Assembly: GCA_964614575.1 (NCBI GenBank)
Contig: CAZTLX010000037.1
Span: 6,417 to 24,430 of the forward strand
DNA from: an uncultured Phycisphaeraceae bacterium
Lineage (GTDB): Bacteria; Planctomycetota; Phycisphaerae; Phycisphaerales; Phycisphaeraceae
Length of the DNA stretch: 18,014 bases
Direction of reading: 5' to 3'
Below, piece by piece: positions 8,519-15,360 of the stretch (within the stretch, counting starts at the first letter, position 1; each line of letters begins with the position of its first letter). The position numbers and the translations under genes were made by a program. Under the pieces are notes generated by a model, which saw only the letters and a list, made by a program, of their open reading frames with translations, made no database searches and had not been told where the DNA came from.

Positions 8519-8700
8519 ACGTTTGGCGTGACGCGCGGCGATGGCGGTCTCGCCAAGCATTTAAGACCCCCTGCGGGCGGGGGCTCGGCGGGATTCCGGG
8601 TCCACTTGAGTTATCGTTTGATGAAGGGCGACGGGATCGGCCGATGCAGTGCGAGCGACGCCTGGCCACGGATCGGCCGGTGCGGCAGACTCGGCCAAGG

Positions 8701-8940
8701 ATGGCTTCGCAACCCCAGGCAGCGGAGCAACTCGCGATGAGCAAGCAGGAGATGATCGACCAGATCCGTCAGCGTAACCGCTCGGCCAGCCCCGAGTTCC
8801 TCGTCCACTTCGACGAGCAGGCGCTGAGCAGTTACCTCAACCGGCTGACGCGCATCAACGGCCGCCGCGGGCGTGACAGTGTCTGGGTGCGAGACGGCCA
8901 CAGCCGCGCCGTGGTCACCCGCACACCGCTGGCCGCCTGA
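8701..8940 (+). CDS. Small hypothetical protein (about 68-80 aa)
   Basis: The ORF track gives 8380..8940, but the first 300 nt are the structured non-coding region. Plausible starts are ATG 8701 or ATG 8737 (MSKQEMIDQIRQRNRSASPEFLVHFDEQALSSYLNRL...) with GGAG 9 nt upstream of 8737. No family recognised. Confidence 0.35.
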   Translation: MASQPQAAEQLAMSKQEMIDQIRQRNRSASPEFLVHFDEQALSSYLNRLTRINGRRGRDSVWVRDGHSRAVVTRTPLAA

Positions 8941-9035
8941 GCCGACCTCGAAGCCCTCTGCCCCCCGCCGCGCCCGGCCCGAAACCCTGGTGGGACGGGC
9001 CCGCGCGGCGTATCTAAAAACCTATTCGGGTCCAC

Positions 9036-10217
9036 TTACGCGAACTGCACCCTCTGCAGCGTGCGGATCAGCGCATTGATCTGCTTATGCACCGCTTCGA
9101 CGTCTTGCTGATCGGCTTCGAGCGCAGCCATCGCGACATCGGCCGCGAGGCTGATCTCCTTGAAGCCGTAGCCCCCGCCCGAGCCGCGAAGTTGGTGGCA
9201 GATGGTGCGCATCTCGTCGTGATCTTCCGTCGCCCGCGCGGTGCGGAGCTGCGCCACGTATTCGGATAGCCCCATCACGTATTCGCGGAGCAGCGGACGC
9301 ATCGACCGGTCGTCGCTCATCGAGCTGACGATCGGCTTCTCATCTTTCGCCTCGTCACATAAGCCCAGCAGCTTGACCACGGTGTCGGTCAACCGCCCGG
9401 GGTCCAGCGGCTTGGAGATGAAGGCGCTGGCACCGGCACGCTTCGCATCGTTGCCGGCGATCTCCGTGTGATCGACCGAGGAAGCGACGATCGGCCCCTT
9501 GAACCCCGCGGCGCGAAGCTGCGGGATCAGTTCGATCCCGCTGGGACCCGTGCCCAGGTTCACGTCCGTCACCACCATGTCAAACTTCTGCGTATTGATC
9601 TCGACCAGCGCCGACATGCCGTCGGGCACTTCCTTGACCACCAACCCGATCTGCCGCAGCCAGTGATTGAACAGCCGCCGATCCGCGAGGCAGCCGTCCA
9701 CGATCAGTACGCGGCCACGCGCGTTCTCGTCACTGCGGTAAGGTTGATCGATCTCGCTTGCGGAGCGCTCCTGCTCGTGGAGTTGGACCTGCTCGGGCGT
9801 GAGGTCGGTGATGTCGTTGACGTTAATCGGGTGGGCAAATTTGAGGGACACCTCGTGTACGATGCCCGCGATGTGGCGGCAGCGGACCACCTGCGCATCG
9901 CGCAGCTCGGTTCGGCCGCAGAGCGTCGGCATCGCGACCTGGCACGGGGTTTGGTTGTGGACGAATCGGCCGTGCAGAAACGCCATGCCGTTGCGCGAGA
10001 GGTTGCGCGGCAGGACGCTGTACACGACCTCGGGCCCGGCGACGGTCAGCGTCACCTTCACGCCGCGCCCCTGATACGACACGCGCAGGTCACGCCGCTC
10101 CTGCTCCTGTAGCGGGCTGACTTGCCGGCCCTGCTCGTCCACGACCTTTACCAGGCGGTGTTTGTCGCGTTCGGAAAGCTTGAGGGTATCGATCAGCCTC
10201 TGGTCTTGTCGTCGCAT
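9036..10217 (-). CDS. PilZ - response-regulator receiver - HPt three-domain signalling protein
   Basis: N-terminal PilZ motifs RRDLR (RxxxR) and NLSRNG (D/NxSxxG). Central REC domain (RVLIVDG..., phospho-acceptor in MVVTDVNLG, conserved K in FISKP). C-terminal HPt motif ICHQLRGSGGGYGFKEISLAA (H-x-x-K/R-G-S-x-G). Confidence 0.75.
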   Translation of the reverse strand: MRRQDQRLIDTLKLSERDKHRLVKVVDEQGRQVSPLQEQERRDLRVSYQGRGVKVTLTVAGPEVVYSVLPRNLSRNGMAFLHGRFVHNQTPCQVAMPTLCGRTELRDAQVVRCRHIAGIVHEVSLKFAHPINVNDITDLTPEQVQLHEQERSASEIDQPYRSDENARGRVLIVDGCLADRRLFNHWLRQIGLVVKEVPDGMSALVEINTQKFDMVVTDVNLGTGPSGIELIPQLRAAGFKGPIVASSVDHTEIAGNDAKRAGASAFISKPLDPGRLTDTVVKLLGLCDEAKDEKPIVSSMSDDRSMRPLLREYVMGLSEYVAQLRTARATEDHDEMRTICHQLRGSGGGYGFKEISLAADVAMAALEADQQDVEAVHKQINALIRTLQRVQFA

Positions 10218-10427
10218 GGTCGGAATCTGCCGGTGGGTGTCATCCAGCAGCGGCGCAACGGCACCGCCTCTGCATACTTATCGACGCGCCCGCCGAGCGA
10301 CTTTGGGCGGTCAGTCGGAAGCTGCCGCATGCCTCCCGCCGAGCGGCGGCGCGAATCGCCAACATTTGCGTTCCCCGCCGTCTCGGGCCGATAAGATGAG
10401 GGAAACCGCGATCAGGGATGATCGGAC

Positions 10428-12113
10428 ATGCGCTTAGATGAATTGATTCAGGGCCACGGGCTGCACGTTACCCGAGGCAATGCGGGGATGGACGTGGCCG
10501 ACCTGGCGGACGATTCGCGCCGGGTCACGCCCGGATCGTTGTTCATCGCGCGGTCCGGAGCCGGGGGCAGCGGCGAGGCGTATGTCGGCGATGCGGTCAA
10601 GGCGGGTGCCGCCGCCATCCTCGCTCCCGTGGGGTATTTGCCTGAGCTGCCTGATTCGGTCGCGCTGGTCAACGCCGCGGCCGGGGTCGCGGTCGATCAT
10701 GCTCTGACCAGTCGGCTGGCCGAGCGCCTTTTTGGTGAGCCCTCCCGCCAGCTCGCGCTGCTGGGGGTGACCGGGACCAACGGCAAAACGACCGTGGCGT
10801 TCCTCGTCCGTCACTTGCTGGCCGCGGCCGGCCTCAAGTGTGGGCTGATCGGGACCATCGAGATCGATGATGGGCAGGCCGCGCAACCGGCCGAGTTGAC
10901 CACGCCCGGGCCGATCGAGGTCTCGCGCCTTCTCGCGACGATGGTCGCCCACGGCTGCCGCGCCGCGGTGATGGAGGTCTCGTCCCACGCGCTGCATCAG
11001 GGACGCACCGCCGGCCTCGCGTTCCACGCCGCGGCGTTCACCAACCTCACCGGCGACCACCTCGATTACCACGGCACGATGGACGACTACGCCGCCGCCA
11101 AAGCGCGGCTCTTCGCGCAGCTCGGTGACGGCGGCTGGGCGGTGATCAACGCCGACGATGAATACGCCGTGCGCATGCTCGAGGCCTGCCGCTGCCGGGT
11201 GATGTGGACCACGCTCGACGAGGCCCTGATCGCCGACGCCCGCGCCCACTTCGAAGCACCGCGACCGCTGAGTTTCAACTACGGCCAGGCGCTGGAAATG
11301 CGGGCCACCGGCAGTCGCACGCAGTTCACCGGGCCTTGGGGCAGCCTGGAGTTCATGCTGCCGTTGATCGGCCGACACAACCTCGCCAACGCCCTGCAGG
11401 CCGCGGCACTGGCCGGCACGGTCGCCGACCTCTCCCGCACCCTGCGCCGGTCGCTGGAAACCTGCCCGCAAGTCCCCGGCCGCCTTGAACGTGTGTTGCT
11501 CTCCCACGAAGAAGATTCACTCTCCGGCGAACCGGAAGCAAAAATCGAAAATCGTAAATTGAAAGTACCAAACGTTCTCGTCGATTACGCCCACACACAC
11601 GATGCGCTGCAGAACGTGCTCCACGCCCTGCGCCCCGTGACGCCGGGTCGCTTAATCGCTTTGATCGGCTGCGGCGGCGACCGCGACAAAACCAAACGCC
11701 CGAAGATGGCGCGTGCCGCCGCGGAGTTAGCGGACGTGGTCTGGATCACCTCGGACAACCCGCGTACCGAAGACCCGGACGCGATCATTGAAGACATGCT
11801 GGCGGGGATTTACGATTTGGGATTTTCGATTTTCGATTTTCGATTGGGCGGGTGTGCGCCAATCGAAAATCGTAAATCGAAAGTAAACATCCTTCCCTCC
11901 CGCGCCGCCGCGATCGAAAACGCCATCCGCCTGGCCGAGCCCGGCGACACTGTCCTCCTCGCCGGGAAGGGCCACGAGGATTACCAGATCATCGCCGACC
12001 CGAACCAGCCCGGCAATACCATCAAGACACACTTCGACGACCGCGAGCACGCGGCCACGGCTTTGCGTTTGTGGCAGCAAAACAAGGCTAATCCGCCTCA
12101 ACCCGTTAACTGA
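10428..12113 (+). CDS. murE: UDP-N-acetylmuramoyl-L-alanyl-D-glutamate--2,6-diaminopimelate ligase (MurE)
   Basis: Mur ligase P-loop GVTGTNGKTT, and DYAHTHDAL and GKGHEDYQ motifs in the MurE positions. It carries two extra AT-rich in-frame segments relative to typical MurE (see findings). Confidence 0.9.
   Translation: MRLDELIQGHGLHVTRGNAGMDVADLADDSRRVTPGSLFIARSGAGGSGEAYVGDAVKAGAAAILAPVGYLPELPDSVALVNAAAGVAVDHALTSRLAERLFGEPSRQLALLGVTGTNGKTTVAFLVRHLLAAAGLKCGLIGTIEIDDGQAAQPAELTTPGPIEVSRLLATMVAHGCRAAVMEVSSHALHQGRTAGLAFHAAAFTNLTGDHLDYHGTMDDYAAAKARLFAQLGDGGWAVINADDEYAVRMLEACRCRVMWTTLDEALIADARAHFEAPRPLSFNYGQALEMRATGSRTQFTGPWGSLEFMLPLIGRHNLANALQAAALAGTVADLSRTLRRSLETCPQVPGRLERVLLSHEEDSLSGEPEAKIENRKLKVPNVLVDYAHTHDALQNVLHALRPVTPGRLIALIGCGGDRDKTKRPKMARAAAELADVVWITSDNPRTEDPDAIIEDMLAGIYDLGFSIFDFRLGGCAPIENRKSKVNILPSRAAAIENAIRLAEPGDTVLLAGKGHEDYQIIADPNQPGNTIKTHFDDREHAATALRLWQQNKANPPQPVN
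11538..11575. mobile_element. AT-rich in-frame insertion in murE, copy 1 (half-element matching right arm of copy 2)
   Basis: ATCGAAAATCGTAAATTGAAAGTA (11544-11567) is identical to 11864-11887 (ATCGAAAATCGTAAATCGAAAGTA) except for one T/C mismatch. It encodes KIENRKLKV versus PIENRKSKV, lengthening the loop between GRLERV and VDYAHT. Confidence 0.55.
11808..11888. mobile_element. AT-rich imperfect-palindromic insertion (RPE/MITE-like) embedded in-frame in murE, copy 2 (full palindrome)
   Basis: ATTTACGATTTGGGATTTTCGATTTTCGATTTTCGATT-gggcgggtgtgcgcc-AATCGAAAATCGTAAATCGAAAGTAAA. Inverted arms are built from CGATTT(T/A) units around a 15-nt GC-rich loop. It encodes an extra ~20 aa (..YDLGFSIFDFRLGGCAPIENRKSKVN..) absent from typical MurE. 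Local GC is far below the window mean. Confidence 0.6.
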
Positions 12114-12125
12114 TCAGCAAGCCCC

Positions 12126-13370
12126 ATGACCATCACCGCCACGTCATTCTGGACCGCCGCGAACCTCGCCGCCCTCACCGGCGGTCAATGGCTGGGCGAC
12201 CCACCGCAGAGCGACCTGCCCATCGCCGGCCTCTCGATCGATAGCCGTACGCTCCGACCCGGGCAGGCCTATCTCGCGATCCCCGGCGACCGGTTCGACG
12301 GCCACCGCTTTATTCCCGACGCGCTGGCTCAAGGCGCCGCCATCGCCATTGCATCCGACCCAACGAAACTCAAACCCCGAGCCTCGAACCTCCTCCTCGT
12401 ATGCGATCCGGTTGCCGCGCTGCAAGCGCTCGCGACCGCCTACCGAGACTTGCTGGCCGAGCACGAATGCTGCGTGATCGCGGTCGGGGGTTCCAACGGC
12501 AAGACCACAACGCGTCACCTCATCCACCAACTGCTGATCGCCGGCGGGCTGGAAGGCACGCAATCTCCTAAGAGTTTCAACAACCATCTGGGCGTGCCGC
12601 TGACCCTGCTCGGTGCCTCGCCGGACCATGATTTTGTGGCTTGTGAAATCGGCACGAATCACCCCGGCGAGGTCGCGGCGCTCGCGAAGATCCTGCGGCC
12701 GGATGTGGCGGTCATCACGAGCATCGGGGCCGAGCATCTCGAGTTCTTTGGTGACCTGGCCGGGGTTGAACGCGAAGAGTATTCGCTGCTCGATGCCTTG
12801 GCCCCCGACGGAATAGCGTTTACGCCGCGCGATGAGTTGGAGCCTTACGGCGGCGAGCTGTCGCTGCCGGGTGAGCACAACCGCATGAATGCCGCGTACG
12901 CCGAAGCGGTGGCGATGCATCTGGGCGTGGATGAGGACCGCATCGCCGCAGCCCTGGCTCGCGCAACCCCCCCTCCGGGTCGGCTCAACATGCGGCGGCT
13001 CGCGCAGGGCGTGACGTTGATTGACGACACCTACAACGCGAACCCCGATTCGATGCGGGCGGCGTTAGGGGTGCTGGCCCAGCACGCCGGCCAGCGTCGG
13101 GTCGCGGTGCTGGGGGATATGTTTGAGTTGGGATCGGCTTCCGCGGAGGCGCACCGTGTTACGCGGGAGCTGGCCGAGCAGGCCGCGGACGTGAGCGTCT
13201 TCCTCGGCGAACGCTTCGGGGGGCAGGACTGGTCGGATGATCTGCCCGCCCGCATCGCCGCGATGATCAACCCCGGCGACACGGTGCTGATCAAGGCCTC
13301 CCGTGGCATGGCCCTCGAACGCATCATCCCCGCGATCACCGAACGCTACCCGGAATCGGAAGTCAGATAA
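12126..13370 (+). CDS. murF: UDP-N-acetylmuramoyl-tripeptide--D-alanyl-D-alanine ligase (MurF)
   Basis: Mur ligase P-loop AVGGSNGKTTT, IDDTYNANPDS and VLGDMFELG motifs typical of MurF. It lies immediately downstream of murE in dcw-cluster order. Confidence 0.9.
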   Translation: MTITATSFWTAANLAALTGGQWLGDPPQSDLPIAGLSIDSRTLRPGQAYLAIPGDRFDGHRFIPDALAQGAAIAIASDPTKLKPRASNLLLVCDPVAALQALATAYRDLLAEHECCVIAVGGSNGKTTTRHLIHQLLIAGGLEGTQSPKSFNNHLGVPLTLLGASPDHDFVACEIGTNHPGEVAALAKILRPDVAVITSIGAEHLEFFGDLAGVEREEYSLLDALAPDGIAFTPRDELEPYGGELSLPGEHNRMNAAYAEAVAMHLGVDEDRIAAALARATPPPGRLNMRRLAQGVTLIDDTYNANPDSMRAALGVLAQHAGQRRVAVLGDMFELGSASAEAHRVTRELAEQAADVSVFLGERFGGQDWSDDLPARIAAMINPGDTVLIKASRGMALERIIPAITERYPESEVR

Positions 13371-13513
13371 CCACAGATGACACAGATTAAAAAAGGTGTT
13401 TATACTGTCTCAGAAGATATTAATATTTTGAGATAACGCATGTTTTATTATGTATTGCAATCTGCATAATCTGTGCAATCTGCGGCTATATACAGATTTG
13501 TAAAGGTGTCGAT
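13371..13513 (+). promoter_or_regulatory. AT-rich murF-mraY spacer with candidate sigma70 promoter and phased CAGAT/ATCTG motifs
   Basis: -35 ATGACA at 13377-13382, an 18-nt spacer, -10 TATACT at 13401-13406, and RBS AAAGGTG before the TTG start of mraY. CAGAT occurs at 13374, 13383 and 13493. ATCTG occurs at 13460, 13469 and 13478 (9-bp phasing). TGCAATCTGC is duplicated at 13456 and 13474. Confidence 0.45.
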
Positions 13514-14734
13514 TTGATCCCACTGCTCTACCGTTTATTTGAATCGTCGATCGATCGGGTTGGCTTCCTCTCGCCGCTGCAGGTGTTTGCGTGGGTGGAA
13601 TTCCGGGCGGTGATGGCGATCGTCCTGGGCTTCGCGTTTGTGATGCTGCTGGGGCGACGGACGATCCGGTTCCTGATCAAGCTGAAGATCGCGGATCGGC
13701 CGGAGTTTTACAACAAGGACCTGAATCAGTTGATGAAGCAGAAAGCGAACACGCCGACGATGGGCGGCGTGCTCATCGCGGGCGCGATCTTCGTCTGCGT
13801 GTTGCTGCTGGCCGACCTGTCGAGTTTTTATGTGGTGATGGCGCTGGTGTGTCTGGTGTGGCTGTTTGCCATCGGGGCGATCGACGATTACCTCAAACTC
13901 ACCGCCGCGACCCGCAAGCCCGGTTCACGGGAAGGGCTTTATTCCTACGAGAAACTTCTGGCCCAGCTCTCGATCGCGTTGATCCTCGGGCTGTTTATCC
14001 ACCACTGGGGCGGCAACAACGTGTATTTCCCCGACGCCGACGAGCAGGCCGCGGCCCACGCGTTCACCCTGCCATTCTTCAAGACCTGGGTACGCACGCC
14101 GGACGGATACGACCTCTCGCCTTACATCATCTCCCTGGGCACATGGTCATTTGTGCTGCTGACCATCCTCGTGATCGCCGGCACCTCCAACGCGGTGAAC
14201 CTGACCGACGGCATGGACGGGCTGGCCGGCGGGATCATGACCATCGTCGCGTTTGCGTTTCTCGTCCTGGCCGTGATCGCCGGCTACCGCATCGGCACCG
14301 ATCCCAACGAGTTTGTCCTTGCCAAATATCTGCTGGTGCCGCACATCCGCTTCAGCGATGAACTGGCGGTGGTATGCGGGGCGATGGTCGGCGCGTGTAT
14401 CGGGTTTCTGTGGTTCAATTGTTCCCCGGCACAAGTATTCATGGGCGACTCGGGTTCACTGCCGCTGGGCGGGCTGATCGGCTACGTCGCGGTGGTGATC
14501 CGCCAGGAATTCCTGCTGCTGATCATCGGCGGCATCTTCTTTCTGGAGATGTTCTCCGTGATCATCCAGGTCGGTTATTTCAAGGCCACAGGCGGCAAAC
14601 GCGTGTTCCGCTGCGCGCCGATTCACCACCACTTCCATCTCGGCGGGTGGACCGAGCAGCAGGTGGTCGTGCGCGCGTGGCTGCTGACCGCGATGCTGGC
14701 CGCGGTTGCGCTGGCCACAATCAAGCTGCGCTAA
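13514..14734 (+). CDS. mraY: Phospho-N-acetylmuramoyl-pentapeptide transferase (MraY)
   Basis: Polytopic membrane protein with NTPTMGG, AIDDYLKL, NAVNLTDGMDGLA and PAQVFMGDSGSLPLGG motifs of MraY. TTG start at 13514 with AAAGGTG 5 nt upstream. About 45 aa longer than E. coli MraY (internal loop insertions). Confidence 0.85.
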   Translation: MIPLLYRLFESSIDRVGFLSPLQVFAWVEFRAVMAIVLGFAFVMLLGRRTIRFLIKLKIADRPEFYNKDLNQLMKQKANTPTMGGVLIAGAIFVCVLLLADLSSFYVVMALVCLVWLFAIGAIDDYLKLTAATRKPGSREGLYSYEKLLAQLSIALILGLFIHHWGGNNVYFPDADEQAAAHAFTLPFFKTWVRTPDGYDLSPYIISLGTWSFVLLTILVIAGTSNAVNLTDGMDGLAGGIMTIVAFAFLVLAVIAGYRIGTDPNEFVLAKYLLVPHIRFSDELAVVCGAMVGACIGFLWFNCSPAQVFMGDSGSLPLGGLIGYVAVVIRQEFLLLIIGGIFFLEMFSVIIQVGYFKATGGKRVFRCAPIHHHFHLGGWTEQQVVVRAWLLTAMLAAVALATIKLR

Positions 14735-14790
14735 CCCCCGCCTTCCCCCCGCCCCCGGATGTTTGGGAGAACGGGGATCGGAGAATTGCT

Positions 14791-15033
14791 TTACCGACAC
14801 ACGCATTCCTGGGTAGGTTCTTGTCGTTGCGTTGCGGCGGCCAACGGTGTCGCACGATAGAGCAGTTCGTCGAGGGCGAGCCTGTGGGAGCGGTTGTATC
14901 GCCGGTGGCCACCGGGCGTGCGGTCGGCGCGCGGGATCAGGCCCTGTCGTTCCCAGACGCGCAGGGACTGGGCCGATACGCCATAGCGTTGGGCGAGTTC
15001 ACCGATGGTCCGGGATGCGCGCTGCGACTTCAT
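14791..15033 (-). CDS. Small MerR/excisionase-like helix-turn-helix DNA-binding protein
   Basis: 80-aa ORF with TIGELAQRYGVSAQSLRVWERQGLIPRADRTPGGHRRY, the MerR-superfamily / Xis-AlpA type HTH with no effector domain. It is convergent with mraY and adjacent to a tRNA gene. Confidence 0.55.
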   Translation of the reverse strand: MKSQRASRTIGELAQRYGVSAQSLRVWERQGLIPRADRTPGGHRRYNRSHRLALDELLYRATPLAAATQRQEPTQECVCR

Positions 15034-15114
15034 GATCGGGTTTCACCGCCTCAGTAGCGCGATGCCTGAACAGATCAAGAGCGGAGGGTGTTTTCTATTT
15101 GATGAGACTTGTGG

Positions 15115-15191
15115 ATATCCCGCATATATCCCGCCGAAGCTTCGCTGCGCTGCGCATCAGCGGGCTTGGGGTGGGTTCTCCAGGTTCTCCA
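15115..15191. promoter_or_regulatory. Cluster of short tandem direct repeats upstream of the MerR-like gene / 3' of tRNA-Gly
   Basis: ATATCCCGC is repeated at 15115-15123 and 15126-15134. GAAGCTTC palindrome at about 15137-15144. GCTGCGC occurs twice. GGTTCTCCA is perfectly tandem at 15174-15182 and 15183-15191. Confidence 0.35.
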
Positions 15192-15228
15192 TATGAATTG
15201 GCACTCAGTGGCTTGAGGTGCAGGAAAA

Positions 15229-15300
15229 TGCGGCCGACGGGGCTTGAACCCGTAGCTCCGCCTTGGCGTGGCGGCGCTTTGCCGATTAAGCGACAACCGC
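15229..15300 (-). tRNA. tRNA-Gly (anticodon GCC), no encoded CCA; atypical C at position 33
   Basis: Hand-folded cloverleaf on the minus strand: GCGGTTG-TC-GCTT-AATCGGCA-AAGC-G-CCGCC-ACGCCAA-GGCGG-AGCT-ACGGG-TTCAAGC-CCCGT-CGGCCGC-A. The acceptor has two G.U pairs and there is a canonical T-arm. Confidence 0.5.
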
Positions 15301-15360
15301 AAGAAATCCCGCCGGGCGCGGACATCGTCGCGCCCGAGCGGGGTGAAAGGGGAAATGAAG

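Noticed and set aside
8380-8940. 186-aa ORF spanning the whole structured region after ubiE
   Set aside because: The 5' 300 nt coincide with the inverted-repeat/hairpin region and give an Arg-rich, motif-free product. Only the last ~70-80 codons (from ATG 8701 or 8737) look protein-like.
10434-11507. 357-aa minus-strand ORF antisense to murE, and 12144..12920 antisense to murF
   Set aside because: Same GC-noise composition. murE and murF carry definitive Mur-ligase motifs on the plus strand.
11808-11888. CRISPR array interpretation of the CGATTTT/AATCGAAAA repeats in murE
   Set aside because: The units are 7-nt heptamers in inverted orientation, not 25-40-nt direct repeats with unique spacers. 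The region is inside an intact ORF and no cas genes are nearby.
13591-14361. 256-aa + ORF in an alternative frame inside mraY
   Set aside because: It overlaps a gene with canonical MraY motifs in another frame. The product is Arg/Asp/Gly-rich.
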